Positions 10,673-21,994 of a stretch of DNA of 64,000 bases are shown here, in pieces. The DNA is taken from the NCBI RefSeq assembly GCF_044324785.1, contig NZ_CP172127.1, one strand, 5' to 3'. Source of the stretch: Escherichia coli. GTDB taxonomy: Bacteria; Pseudomonadota; Gammaproteobacteria; Enterobacterales; Enterobacteriaceae. Each line of letters opens with the position of its first letter. Within the stretch, counting starts at the first letter, position 1. Made by a program: the position numbers and the translations under genes. Below the pieces are notes generated by a model. That model did no database searches. It worked only from the letters and a program-made list of their open reading frames with translations, and had not been told where the DNA came from.

Positions 10673-12097
10673 CTATGTGAAGTGACGGTGAAGTCGAAGC
10701 GAAGCCAGCACGCCACCTTCCTGCACGTTGCGCAGCGTGACTTCGCCGTTAAACAAACGGGCGACCTCACTGACGAACGCCAACCCCAGACCGCTGCTTT
10801 TTTGCCCATTTGCACGCGGCAAAGAGTAAAAGCGTTCAAAAATACGTGAAAGCGCGTAGTCAGGAATACCACTACCGGTATCCAGCACCTTAAGCGTGAC
10901 GTGTTCCTGATCCACTTCGGCGCTTAGCGTGATGCAACCGCTCTCGGGGGTAAAATCGATGGCGTTATCCAGTAAATTTCCCAGCGCCTGCTCCAGTAAC
11001 GCCGGTTCAGCAGCAACATTAACCTCGGTGGGCGTAACATGCAGAGTGATTTTTTTTTCTGCCAACTGCACGGTGCGCGCTTCGCTGACGCGGCGAAATA
11101 ATGCCGCCACATCAACAGCAGTCAGAACGACTTCCTGACGATTCTCCAGTCTTGCCTGGCGTAGTAACGTTTCTACTAATGCCTGCATACGCGCATTTTG
11201 CGTCAGAATGTTGTCAGTAAAACGAGCCACCACTTCCGGCGGCGGACCTTCGCGTAAAATTTCCGCCGCGCCACGAATCGCCGCCAGTGGGCTTTTTAGC
11301 TCATGGGTTAACGCATAAACATACTGCTCAATATAGTTTTTCCCTTCCAGCTTCACGCGCATACTTTCCAGCGCCTGCGCGAGTTTACGCAGCTCGCTAC
11401 TACCGAGATCGGGGAGAGGAACGGGCTTATTGTCAGTGACGGAATCAGCATAGCGAGTGAGCCGGGCAATGGAGCGGTTGATCCACCAAACCATGCCTGC
11501 GCCAATCACCAGTGCAATCCCCAACAAAATGGCGCTGGCCCATAAAATTCGCCGCTCGCTGCGCTTAATGACCGGAGCCATCGCCGCGTTCGGTTTGCCT
11601 ACGCTCAAAACGCCAATAAGCCGCGAGCCGTCCATAATCGGCGCGGCAACATACATCACCGAACTTTCGGGATCGGCAGGATTTTGCAACGTGCTGCGCG
11701 CACCATACTGACCACGCAACGTTAGCCAGACGTCATTCCAGCGCGAATAATCCTGTCCAACGGCTTTATTTGCCGAATCGAACAATACTTTGCCCTGCGC
11801 ATCGGTCATATAGACATGATATTCATTGCGCACTTTGTTAATGCCACCGATATTGGCGCGAAACGGGCGATGCTGTAGCTGATTAAACGCCTGCGCCAGT
11901 TGCCCATGCGTTGGGTCCCCAGAGAGCAAATCGGGACGCGCCAGCTCCGCCAGCAACGTTGCGGTGTCGATCAACGTCCCCTCCGTTGCTCTTCGCACGC
12001 CCGGTTTAACTTCTTTGACAAAAATAGCCAGTACGAACCAGGCCGCCACCGCCACCAGTAAAAAATAGCCCAGCAGCAACCGCATGCCGATACGCAT
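10673..12097 (-). CDS. creC: Sensor histidine kinase CreC
   Basis: ORF track 474 aa; HAMP and HisKA/HATPase motifs; overlaps the creB stop. Confidence 0.95.
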   Translation of the reverse strand: MRIGMRLLLGYFLLVAVAAWFVLAIFVKEVKPGVRRATEGTLIDTATLLAELARPDLLSGDPTHGQLAQAFNQLQHRPFRANIGGINKVRNEYHVYMTDAQGKVLFDSANKAVGQDYSRWNDVWLTLRGQYGARSTLQNPADPESSVMYVAAPIMDGSRLIGVLSVGKPNAAMAPVIKRSERRILWASAILLGIALVIGAGMVWWINRSIARLTRYADSVTDNKPVPLPDLGSSELRKLAQALESMRVKLEGKNYIEQYVYALTHELKSPLAAIRGAAEILREGPPPEVVARFTDNILTQNARMQALVETLLRQARLENRQEVVLTAVDVAALFRRVSEARTVQLAEKKITLHVTPTEVNVAAEPALLEQALGNLLDNAIDFTPESGCITLSAEVDQEHVTLKVLDTGSGIPDYALSRIFERFYSLPRANGQKSSGLGLAFVSEVARLFNGEVTLRNVQEGGVLASLRLHRHFT

Positions 12098-12786
12098 TAC
12101 AGGCCCCTCAGGCTATATCCCATGCCGCGATGAGTATTAATCGGTGAAAGATCGGGGTTGATGGCGCGCAACTTGGCACGCAGCGTTTTAATGTGGGTAT
12201 CGACGGTGCGATCGTAGGTGTCCTGCGCATCTTCCCACACGCTATCCATCAGTTGCTGGCGGGACCAGACGCGGCCTGGCGACTTGAGTAACGTCTTCAG
12301 CAATAAAAACTCATACCGCGTCAGCGCTAATGGCGTGTCAAACCAGCAGATCTGCGCCGCGGGTTCATTCAATTCAAAATGTCCAATACGGATGACGGGA
12401 GACGGCATCGAGAATTTCTTCACCCGACGCAGTAAGGTGCGCACCCTGGCGCACACTTCGCGAGGTGAAAACGGTTTAGCCACGTAGTCGTCAGCGCCAA
12501 TTTCCAGCCCAAGCAGGCGATCGACCTCTTCACTTCGGGCCGTCAGGAACAGTACAGGTAACGCCGGATGGAGCACCAGTAACTGGCGGCACAATTCAAA
12601 GCCGCTAATATCCGGCAGACCAACATCGAGAATCATGACGTCGGGTACCTGCTGGCGAGCTTTATCCAGCACCGGCAAGCCTCGCTCAAAGACCTCGACG
12701 GCAAAACCTTCCTGCTGCAACATGTAGACCAGCGTGTCGGCTATCCCTTGCTCATCTTCCACTAACCAGACCGTTTCCCGTTGCAT
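12097..12786 (-). CDS. creB: Response regulator CreB (OmpR family)
   Basis: ORF track 229 aa, MQRETVWLVEDEQGIADTLVYMLQQEGF... Confidence 0.95.
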   Translation of the reverse strand: MQRETVWLVEDEQGIADTLVYMLQQEGFAVEVFERGLPVLDKARQQVPDVMILDVGLPDISGFELCRQLLVLHPALPVLFLTARSEEVDRLLGLEIGADDYVAKPFSPREVCARVRTLLRRVKKFSMPSPVIRIGHFELNEPAAQICWFDTPLALTRYEFLLLKTLLKSPGRVWSRQQLMDSVWEDAQDTYDRTVDTHIKTLRAKLRAINPDLSPINTHRGMGYSLRGL

Positions 12787-12798
12787 AAATCGCCTCTG

Positions 12799-13272
12799 TT
12801 ATTGCCGCCACGGCATGACAGGAACCGCGCTAATCGCGTTTTTCGGCGAACCTTCTACAACTTTGTCGGAGTAAGCCAGATAAGCGAGCGCGTTGCGTTT
12901 GGCGTCATAAAAGCGCACGACCTGTAACGACTTAAAGACCAGGGACGTGCGTTTTTTGAATACTACCTCGCCCTGAGCTTTGCCGTTTTTAATACGATCC
13001 GACAGTTCAATCGGCCCGACTTGCTGACAAGAAATGGCCGCATCGGAGGTATCTTCCGCCAGACCCAATCCCCCTTTAATACCACCGGTTTTCGCCCGGC
13101 TCACATAACAGGTGACATTTTTCACATCGGGATCGTCAAAGGCTTCCACAACAATTTTGTGATCCGGGCCGATCATTTTAAATACGGTGTCGACCGAACC
13201 AATCTCTTCTGCATGAGCCAATGGCCCCAGCATTATCAGGCTTAAAGACAGGATCAAATGCTTGTATTTCAT
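12799..13272 (-). CDS. creA: Periplasmic protein CreA
   Basis: ORF track 157 aa with signal peptide [21 protein letters not shown]. Confidence 0.92.
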
Positions 13273-13482
13273 ATTGTTACCATTTTTATCTATTACACGA
13301 GCAATTAGTTCGTCACGGTAAATAACATATTGATTAAGAACAAAATCTCAATACTTTTATTTCCGTCAAGCCCTAAAACATACTCTACTAAGAAAAAAAC
13401 ACTGAATGCTAAAACAGCAAAAAATGCTATTATCCAATTACCTGATGTCAGGTGCTCGTTGTTGAAAGGATGAGGATATTTT

Positions 13483-14352
13483 ATGGATCAGGCCGGCATT
13501 ATTCGCGACCTTTTAATCTGGCTGGAAGGTCATCTGGATCAGCCCCTGTCGCTCGACAATGTAGCGGCGAAAGCAGGTTATTCCAAGTGGCACTTACAGA
13601 GAATGTTTAAAGATGTCACTGGCCATGCTATTGGCGCGTATATTCGTGCTCGTCGTTTGTCGAAATCGGCGGTCGCACTACGCCTGACTGCGCGTCCGAT
13701 TCTGGACATCGCGCTGCAATACCGCTTCGACTCTCAACAGACATTTACCCGCGCATTCAAGAAGCAGTTTGCCCAGACTCCTGCACTTTACCGCCGTTCT
13801 CCTGAATGGAGCGCCTTTGGTATTCGCCCGCCGCTACGTCTGGGTGAATTCACTATGCCAGAGCACAAATTTGTCACCCTGGAAGATACGCCGCTGATTG
13901 GTGTTACCCAGAGCTACTCCTGTTCGCTGGAGCAAATCTCTGATTTCCGCCATGAAATGCGTTATCAGTTCTGGCACGATTTTCTCGGCAACGCGCCGAC
14001 CATTCCGCCGGTGCTCTACGGCCTGAATGAAACGCGTCCGAGTCAGGATAAAGACGACGAACAAGAAGTATTCTATACCACCGCGTTAGCCCAGGATCAG
14101 GCAGATGGCTATGTACTGACGGGGCATCCGGTGATGCTGCAGGGCGGCGAATATGTGATGTTTACCTATGAAGGTCTGGGAACCGGCGTGCAGGAGTTTA
14201 TCCTGACGGTATACGGAACGTGCATGCCAATGCTCAACCTGACGCGCCGTAAAGGTCAGGATATTGAGCGATACTACCCGGCAGAAGATGCCAAAGCGGG
14301 AGATCGCCCAATTAATCTGCGCTGTGAACTACTGATTCCGATCCGTCGTTAA
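13483..14352 (+). CDS. rob: AraC/XylS-family transcriptional activator Rob
   Basis: ORF track 289 aa, MDQAGIIRDLLIWLEGHLDQPLSLDNVAAKAGYSKWHLQRMFKDVTG... Confidence 0.96.
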   Translation: MDQAGIIRDLLIWLEGHLDQPLSLDNVAAKAGYSKWHLQRMFKDVTGHAIGAYIRARRLSKSAVALRLTARPILDIALQYRFDSQQTFTRAFKKQFAQTPALYRRSPEWSAFGIRPPLRLGEFTMPEHKFVTLEDTPLIGVTQSYSCSLEQISDFRHEMRYQFWHDFLGNAPTIPPVLYGLNETRPSQDKDDEQEVFYTTALAQDQADGYVLTGHPVMLQGGEYVMFTYEGLGTGVQEFILTVYGTCMPMLNLTRRKGQDIERYYPAEDAKAGDRPINLRCELLIPIRR

Positions 14353-14996
14353 CGCTGCAGCTCATCTAATGCAGGGGCGTCCAGATGCGAGATGTCCCCT
14401 GCGGTTTCAACGACCCAGCCAGACGCCAGCCACAGGCTTTCCTGATAATCCACGCGCGAAATAGAACAGTTACGCAAACGTAAGCGACGCTCTGCCCATG
14501 CTGGTAATCCGAGAATCGTACTCACCAGGCATCCCAGTGCAATACCGTGGCTCACCAGCAGCGGTCGGCTTCCCTGCGGTAAGTCCCGGCAAGATTCCAG
14601 TGCCGCATTGACGCGATCGCTGAGCTCCTGCATTGACTCGCCTTCAGGAATACGCCCGTCAACGGTGCCATTGACCAGCTGCCGACGCCAGTTCTCTTCT
14701 TCTTCGGTCAGAGAATCGATATGTCTTTTTTCCAGCACACCCATGTTTAATTCACGCAGGCGAGAATCAAAGATGATGTCACAGCCGCAGGCCTGGGCGA
14801 TGATTTCCGCCGTACGCCGGGTGCGTCCTAAATCGCTACTGATGATATGCGTAATGCCAAGCTCTTTGGCACGGGTTGCCACCTGCATCGCCTGTTGCTC
14901 ACCTTTGGCGGTCAGCGGGCTGTCAGACTGGCCCTGAATACGTCGCTCGGCGTTCCACTGCGTTTCACCGTGGCGGACTAGGTATACCTGTAACAT
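14349..14996 (-). CDS. gpmB: Histidine-phosphatase family phosphoglycerate mutase GpmB
   Basis: ORF track 215 aa, MLQVYLVRHGETQWNAERRIQGQSDSPLT... Confidence 0.93.
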   Translation of the reverse strand: MLQVYLVRHGETQWNAERRIQGQSDSPLTAKGEQQAMQVATRAKELGITHIISSDLGRTRRTAEIIAQACGCDIIFDSRLRELNMGVLEKRHIDSLTEEEENWRRQLVNGTVDGRIPEGESMQELSDRVNAALESCRDLPQGSRPLLVSHGIALGCLVSTILGLPAWAERRLRLRNCSISRVDYQESLWLASGWVVETAGDISHLDAPALDELQR

Positions 14997-15035
14997 GCTT
15001 TTTTTCCGTATACTGCTGTAACGTTAATTTTCTGA

Positions 15036-15898
<863 letters not shown>

Positions 15899-15930
15899 TT
15901 AGCGGGGGAAGCAAAATGCCTCCCCCGGTT

Positions 15931-15948
15931 GTACTCGCTAAAGAGTAC
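15931..15948 (-). promoter_or_regulatory. TrpR operator in the trpR promoter (GTACTC-N6-GAGTAC palindrome)
   Basis: Minus strand reads ATCGTACTCTTTAGCGAGTACAACC, about 48 nt upstream of the trpR start. Confidence 0.8.
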
Positions 15949-15972
15949 GATAGCATATCATAAACGTGCGGA

Positions 15973-17910
15973 TCAGTAACGACGTCCCCATTCCGTGGCG
16001 CTCATCAATGTCGGTTTATCCCCCATGAAATAGCGGTAGTAAGCGTCATAAGCCAGCACGTTCTTCACATAACCGCGCGTCTCGGAGAACGGAATACTCT
16101 CGACAAATGCCACTGCGTCGATACGCCCGGCGCTGTTGCCAAGCCAGGTTCGCACCCGCCCTGGTCCGGCGTTATAAGCTGCTGAGGAGAAAATACGGTT
16201 ATTACCAAACTGCTGATAAACATATTGCAGGTAACTGGTGCCAATGTTGATGTTCGTTTCCGGATCCAGCAATTGTCCTGGGCTGCTATAACCAGGAATA
16301 GAGAACATCTTCACCGTATGGGTCGCCGTGCCCGGCATAATCTGCATCAGGCCGCTGGCCCCTACCGGTGATTTCACTTTCGGATTCCAGGCACTCTCCT
16401 GACGGGCAATCGCCATCGCATAGCTTTGCGGGATCTCCTTCCCACTGGTGTAACGTTTGAAAAGATCGTTGTAGGCCAGCGGGAATCTCTCTTCCAGATG
16501 ATCCCAAAGCTTCCCGGCGATCGTTGCCTGAACGCTAAGATCCCACCATTGGTTATTGAAAGCATACCGAGCCAGTTGCGCCTGCTCTGTTTTTGACTTG
16601 CTCTTCACCAGATTGGCCCACTCGCTACGCGCGGTATTATCGAGATTCCAGTACATCAACTCGCGCACGCGCGCCATCTCCGGCCCCTGAGTCAGGGCGC
16701 TGTCAACATTCTGCGGCGCTTTATCAATCTTCAGCTCATACTCTTCACCGATGCGTTGTGCTGCAACCATCGGGTAGAAACCACGCTGTTGCATGAGTTG
16801 ATGCAAAATCTCTTTTGCTTCAGCTTCACGTCCGCGTTCCAGCAGTAAATCCGCCTGCCAGTAACGCCATTCATCTTTCTCTTTCGCCTCCATCGGCAAA
16901 CGCGCCAGCCAGGTATTCAGGCCGCGACGATCGCCGGTGCCAAGCGCCATTCGCACACGGCGTTCAATAAGCGAAGTAGATTGCGAACGCATAATGGCGT
17001 CATCACGCCATTTCGCCTGTTCGTCGGTGACATCGTTGCCCATCAAACGCCAGGCGACGATATCGCGCAGCTCCTGAATCTGATCTTCATTAAGCTGCTG
17101 CGCCTGGGCAAGCGACGGGATCATCAGCCGTGCATTTTCAGCATCCTGCCGCGCCACACTGGCAAACGCCACCGCCGCCATTTGACGGGTAAAATCGGTC
17201 GCTCCGGTTGTACGCGCGAAGGTCAGTACCGTATTAGGATTGTTCGCCAATGAAATAATTGCCGAGGCGATAGTCTGGTAATCGGCAGGCATCTGCCCTG
17301 CCAGCACTGTTACGAGGCCAGTGTTACCCGCTTTCATCGCCAGACGGATACGCTCTAAATACGCCAGCGGATCTTGTTTACCTGACGCACGCCAGACGCT
17401 AAATAACTTGTCACAGGCGTTAGGCTGGCTCTTGCCGGTTAGCCACAGCTCTTTCGCCCCTTGCCAGGCTTCTTCACTCTGCCCGGTGTTCCATTTTGCA
17501 TAGTAGTAATTACATTGCGCTTCGGTAGTTCCGGGCTTTTCCGGGCTAAAGGCTAACAAGCCACGCCAGTCTTCACGCCGCGCCAGTTCATTGACGAAAC
17601 GAGATTGCAGCGTGCGAGCGGGAGGAAGCGTGGGGTTAGCGCGAACAAAGTTAGTGACCGTCACCGCCGGTTGATTCATCAGATCATCGGTGATCTGGCG
17701 GTATTCCAGGTAGGGATAAAGCGGATAATCCTTCAGTCCAGGCATCATTTGTTCGACCACATCCATCTGTCGATTATCCCAGGCCTGCTTGATTTGCGCG
17801 TAACGGCTACGCTGCTCATCCAGTGAGTCGGCTCGCGCCACGCTGCTGACCGTCAGCAGACAGACACCGGCAGCCAACAGCCGCCAGGTAACTTGTTTGG
17901 CTTTTTCCAC
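15973..17910 (-). CDS. slt: Soluble lytic murein transglycosylase Slt70
   Basis: ORF track 15973..17940; start set at the GTG codon giving (M)EKAKQVTWRLLAAGVCLL (645 aa). Confidence 0.93.
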   Translation of the reverse strand: MEKAKQVTWRLLAAGVCLLTVSSVARADSLDEQRSRYAQIKQAWDNRQMDVVEQMMPGLKDYPLYPYLEYRQITDDLMNQPAVTVTNFVRANPTLPPARTLQSRFVNELARREDWRGLLAFSPEKPGTTEAQCNYYYAKWNTGQSEEAWQGAKELWLTGKSQPNACDKLFSVWRASGKQDPLAYLERIRLAMKAGNTGLVTVLAGQMPADYQTIASAIISLANNPNTVLTFARTTGATDFTRQMAAVAFASVARQDAENARLMIPSLAQAQQLNEDQIQELRDIVAWRLMGNDVTDEQAKWRDDAIMRSQSTSLIERRVRMALGTGDRRGLNTWLARLPMEAKEKDEWRYWQADLLLERGREAEAKEILHQLMQQRGFYPMVAAQRIGEEYELKIDKAPQNVDSALTQGPEMARVRELMYWNLDNTARSEWANLVKSKSKTEQAQLARYAFNNQWWDLSVQATIAGKLWDHLEERFPLAYNDLFKRYTSGKEIPQSYAMAIARQESAWNPKVKSPVGASGLMQIMPGTATHTVKMFSIPGYSSPGQLLDPETNINIGTSYLQYVYQQFGNNRIFSSAAYNAGPGRVRTWLGNSAGRIDAVAFVESIPFSETRGYVKNVLAYDAYYRYFMGDKPTLMSATEWGRRY

Positions 17911-18120
17911 AAGCGCATCCTCTAAGTGTAAATACATCAATGCAGCGTCATGCCGCGTAATAGATTTATGCTAACCAGTCATTGCCGTTTACGCCACGTT
18001 ACGGACACTTTTTTACTTTTATCGGGAGGGTGATCGACCGGCTGGGATTAGATAAGGAAACAGGCTACACTTCGCCTTTGAAAACTCATCATCACGATAA
18101 ACATAGAGGCGAAGTCCAAC

Positions 18121-19788
18121 GTGGCTCAATTCGTTTATACCATGCATCGTGTCGGCAAAGTTGTTCCGCCGAAACGTCATATTTTGAAAAACATCTCTCT
18201 GAGTTTCTTCCCTGGGGCAAAAATTGGTGTCCTGGGTCTGAACGGCGCGGGTAAGTCCACCCTGCTGCGCATTATGGCGGGCATTGATAAAGACATCGAA
18301 GGCGAAGCGCGTCCGCAACCGGATATCAAGATTGGTTATCTGCCGCAGGAACCGCAGCTGAACCCGGAACACACCGTGCGTGAGTCCATTGAAGAAGCGG
18401 TTTCTGAAGTGGTTAACGCCCTGAAACGCCTGGATGAAGTGTATGCGCTGTACGCCGATCCGGATGCCGATTTTGACAAGCTGGCCGCTGAACAAGGCCG
18501 TCTGGAAGAGATCATTCAGGCTCACGACGGTCACAACCTGAACGTTCAGCTGGAGCGTGCGGCGGATGCGCTGCGTCTGCCGGACTGGGACGCGAAAATC
18601 GCTAACCTCTCCGGTGGTGAGCGTCGTCGCGTGGCGTTGTGCCGCCTGCTGCTGGAAAAACCAGACATGCTGCTGCTCGACGAACCGACCAACCACCTGG
18701 ATGCCGAATCCGTGGCCTGGTTGGAACGCTTCCTGCACGACTTCGAAGGCACCGTGGTGGCGATTACCCACGACCGTTACTTCCTTGATAACGTTGCAGG
18801 CTGGATCCTCGAACTGGACCGCGGTGAAGGTATTCCGTGGGAAGGCAACTACTCCTCCTGGCTGGAGCAGAAAGATCAACGTCTGGCGCAGGAAGCTTCA
18901 CAAGAAGCTGCGCGTCGTAAGTCGATTGAGAAAGAGCTGGAGTGGGTACGTCAGGGAACTAAAGGCCGTCAGTCGAAAGGTAAAGCACGTCTGGCGCGTT
19001 TTGAAGAGCTGAACAGCACCGAATATCAGAAACGTAACGAAACCAACGAACTGTTTATTCCACCAGGACCGCGTCTTGGCGATAAAGTGCTGGAAGTCAA
19101 CAACCTGCGTAAATCCTATGGCGATCGTCTGCTGATTGATGACCTGAGCTTCTCGATCCCGAAAGGAGCGATCGTCGGGATCATCGGTCCGAACGGTGCG
19201 GGTAAATCGACCCTGTTCCGTATGATCTCTGGTCAGGAACAGCCGGACAGCGGCACCATCACTTTGGGTGAAACGGTGAAACTGGCATCGGTTGATCAGT
19301 TCCGTGACTCAATGGATAACAGCAAAACCGTTTGGGAAGAAGTTTCCGGCGGGCTGGATATCATGAAGATCGGCAACACCGAGATGCCAAGCCGTGCCTA
19401 CGTTGGCCGCTTTAACTTTAAAGGGGTTGATCAGGGTAAACGCGTTGGCGAACTCTCCGGCGGTGAGCGCGGTCGTCTGCATCTGGCGAAGCTGCTGCAG
19501 GTTGGCGGCAACATGCTGCTGCTCGACGAACCAACCAACGACCTGGATATCGAAACCCTGCGCGCGCTGGAAAACGCCCTGCTGGAGTTCCCGGGCTGCG
19601 CGATGGTTATCTCGCACGACCGTTGGTTCCTCGACCGTATCGCCACGCACATTCTGGATTACCAGGATGAAGGTAAAGTTGAGTTCTTCGAAGGTAACTT
19701 TACCGAGTACGAAGAGTACAAGAAACGCACGCTGGGCGCAGACGCGCTGGAGCCGAAGCGTATCAAGTACAAGCGTATTGCGAAGTAA
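18121..19788 (+). CDS. ettA: ABC-F energy-dependent translational throttle protein EttA (YjjK)
   Basis: ORF track 555 aa, MAQFVYTMHRVGKVVPPKRHILKNISLSFFPGAKIGVLGLNGAGKSTLL...; two ABC domains. Confidence 0.97.
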   Translation: MAQFVYTMHRVGKVVPPKRHILKNISLSFFPGAKIGVLGLNGAGKSTLLRIMAGIDKDIEGEARPQPDIKIGYLPQEPQLNPEHTVRESIEEAVSEVVNALKRLDEVYALYADPDADFDKLAAEQGRLEEIIQAHDGHNLNVQLERAADALRLPDWDAKIANLSGGERRRVALCRLLLEKPDMLLLDEPTNHLDAESVAWLERFLHDFEGTVVAITHDRYFLDNVAGWILELDRGEGIPWEGNYSSWLEQKDQRLAQEASQEAARRKSIEKELEWVRQGTKGRQSKGKARLARFEELNSTEYQKRNETNELFIPPGPRLGDKVLEVNNLRKSYGDRLLIDDLSFSIPKGAIVGIIGPNGAGKSTLFRMISGQEQPDSGTITLGETVKLASVDQFRDSMDNSKTVWEEVSGGLDIMKIGNTEMPSRAYVGRFNFKGVDQGKRVGELSGGERGRLHLAKLLQVGGNMLLLDEPTNDLDIETLRALENALLEFPGCAMVISHDRWFLDRIATHILDYQDEGKVEFFEGNFTEYEEYKKRTLGADALEPKRIKYKRIAK

Positions 19789-19876
19789 TGCGTAAAATGC
19801 CGGATGCGGCGCGCCAGCATCGCATCCGGTATTAGTTAAATGATTAGTCCCCGGAAAAAGGCAGAATTTTCTTTAA
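19015..19876 (+). repeat. Left copy of a ~0.86 kb direct repeat (ettA codon Ser299 to stop, REP hairpin, decayed 3' tip of the antitoxin gene)
   Basis: Sequence from agcaccgaatatcagaaacgtaacg... through ...ccggaaaaaggcagaattttctttaa recurs at 23917-24776. Confidence 0.85.
19797..19831. repeat. REP-like palindrome downstream of ettA (gccggatgcg ... cgcatccggt)
   Basis: Inverted repeat read directly; same element recurs at about 24686-24720. Confidence 0.7.
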
Positions 19877-19943
19877 GCGTATTAGCTCAGATGCGGACTG
19901 ACACCTCAAATCAAGCGGGAACTCATGGTTCCCGCTTAACGTT

Positions 19944-20831
19944 TTATTCACCGCGCAGGATCTGGCGGAAATGGGAAACCAGCGGACGTTGGTTGGCTTT
20001 ATGCCAGGCTGCCCATAATTGCGTTGAATAATTCATCCACGGCAATTCACGTAATACCACCCCTTCCGGCGCATTATGACGCAGACTATGTTGAATTAAG
20101 GCCAGACCTAATCCCGCAGCGACCAGACCTAATGCCGTGAGGGGTTCACCCGCTTCCAGGCGAATATCAGGATTAAACCCGGCGTTAACACAGGCGGCGA
20201 CAAAATGATCGCGAGAATGCGCATCGTCGTTATGAATCACCGCAATCCACTGCTCATCGCCAAGTTGTGACGCGACAAGGTTTTCCTCCTGCGCCAGAGG
20301 ATGATTTTGCGGTAAGGCCAACAACATTCGATCATCCAGAACCTGAATATATTCCAGATCCTGCTCGCTGTCGGCGGGCGGCGTATCGACCAGAGAAAAA
20401 TCGAGACTGCGCTGGCGCAGGCCTTCAATCTGGGTAGCCGGTGGTTGGCTGTAAAGTGCGATATGCACATTCGGACGCGATACACGTAACGTACGTAGCG
20501 CCGTAGAAAGCACACCGGAATGCATGGCGTTTTCGATATAGCCAATACACAAGCCACCATCTTCCCCCCGTCCCAGGCGTTTGCCTAACGACTCCAGGCG
20601 GTTGGCGTGTGTCAGCAACGAACGTGTTTCGGCAAGGAATGTCTGTCCATCAGCGGTCAGGCGAATGCGCTGCTGATTACGCTCAAACAGCGTCAGCCCC
20701 AGCCGTTCTTCCAGTTGTGCAATCTGGCGGCTCAGCGGTGATTGCGAGATATGTAATCGCTCGGCTGCGCGTCCCACGTGCTCTTCTTCTGCGACCACCA
20801 CGAAGTACTTCAGTTGGCGTAAATCAATCAT
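19944..20831 (-). CDS. LysR-family transcriptional regulator
   Basis: ORF track 19944..20924; start set at MIDLRQLKYFVVVAEEEHVGRAAERLHISQSPLSRQIAQLEERLG (typical LysR HTH); divergent from the reductase genes. Confidence 0.85.
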   Translation of the reverse strand: MIDLRQLKYFVVVAEEEHVGRAAERLHISQSPLSRQIAQLEERLGLTLFERNQQRIRLTADGQTFLAETRSLLTHANRLESLGKRLGRGEDGGLCIGYIENAMHSGVLSTALRTLRVSRPNVHIALYSQPPATQIEGLRQRSLDFSLVDTPPADSEQDLEYIQVLDDRMLLALPQNHPLAQEENLVASQLGDEQWIAVIHNDDAHSRDHFVAACVNAGFNPDIRLEAGEPLTALGLVAAGLGLALIQHSLRHNAPEGVVLRELPWMNYSTQLWAAWHKANQRPLVSHFRQILRGE

Positions 20832-20964
20832 GTTAGACCTCAAAGGACTTAAGTCAGACGAATTATGTCCTATCAAGTCACAACCTCGCAAGGTATTGTG
20901 ATCCACGTCACAGGGCGATAGCAAAAAAACGCCCTAACCCAAACCGAATAATTGAGGACATCTT

Positions 20965-21975
20965 ATGAGCATCAAAAATTTACTTCCCGGCAAAATTGGC
21001 TTAGGTGGCGCACCACTCGGCAACATGTTCCGTGCCATTCCGGAAGACGAGGCCCACGCCACCGTGAGCGAAGCCTGGAACCTGGGCGTGCGTTACTTTG
21101 ATACCGCGCCGCTGTACGGCTCTGGCCTTTCTGAAATCCGCATGGGTGAAGCGCTGTCTCAGTATCCACGCGATGAATACGTTCTGAGCAGCAAAGTCGG
21201 TCGCATCATGCTGGACGAAATGGAAGATCCGGCAAAACGTGATTTCGGTGAAAAAGGTGGCCTGTTCGAACACGGCCTGAAAAACAAAATTCTGAATGAC
21301 TACTCTGCTGACGCCACGCTGCGCTCGATTGAAGACAGCCTGAAACGCCTGAAAACAGACCGTCTGGATATTGTCTGGATCCATGACCCGGCGCAGGACT
21401 TCTACGGTGACAGCTGGCTGGAACAGTTCAACATTGCCCGTACCGGTGCGTTTCGTGCGCTGACGCGTTTGCGTGACGAAGGTGTGATTAAAGCCTGGGG
21501 ACTGGGTGTGAATCGCGTCGAACCTTGCGAACTGACGCTGGCGCTGGACGAACCGAAGCCGGATGCGTTCCTGCTGGCGGGGCGTTATTCCCTGCTGGAT
21601 CACGAACGTGCGCTGCAACGCCTGATGCCAGAAGCACTGGAACAGAACGTGGATATTGTTGTGGGCGGTCCGTACAGCTCTGGCGTACTGGCAGGCGGCG
21701 AGCACTTTGAATATCAGAAAGCTTCTGCGGCCATCCAGCAGAAAGTGGCGCAAATTAACACCATTGCCACACGTTTCAATGTGAACGTTAAAGCAGCTGC
21801 GCTGCAGTTCGCACTGGCAAACCCGGCCGTTGCGGCGGTTATTCCTGGCTCCAGCCGTCCTGGCCGTATGGCAGAAGATCTGGCTGCACTGAATGCGCCT
21901 GTTCCGGCTGAATTCTGGGCAGAAATGCGCCGTCAAAATCTGGTTGCGGAAAACGCTCCGCTGCCGACCCGTTAA
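20965..21975 (+). CDS. Aldo-keto reductase family oxidoreductase
   Basis: ORF track 336 aa; AKR-type N-terminus (GLGGAPLGNMF...YFDTAPLYGSGLSE); GGAG-type RBS 8 nt upstream. Confidence 0.85.
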   Translation: MSIKNLLPGKIGLGGAPLGNMFRAIPEDEAHATVSEAWNLGVRYFDTAPLYGSGLSEIRMGEALSQYPRDEYVLSSKVGRIMLDEMEDPAKRDFGEKGGLFEHGLKNKILNDYSADATLRSIEDSLKRLKTDRLDIVWIHDPAQDFYGDSWLEQFNIARTGAFRALTRLRDEGVIKAWGLGVNRVEPCELTLALDEPKPDAFLLAGRYSLLDHERALQRLMPEALEQNVDIVVGGPYSSGVLAGGEHFEYQKASAAIQQKVAQINTIATRFNVNVKAAALQFALANPAVAAVIPGSSRPGRMAEDLAALNAPVPAEFWAEMRRQNLVAENAPLPTR

Positions 21976-21994
21976 TCAACCTGGTGAGAAAACG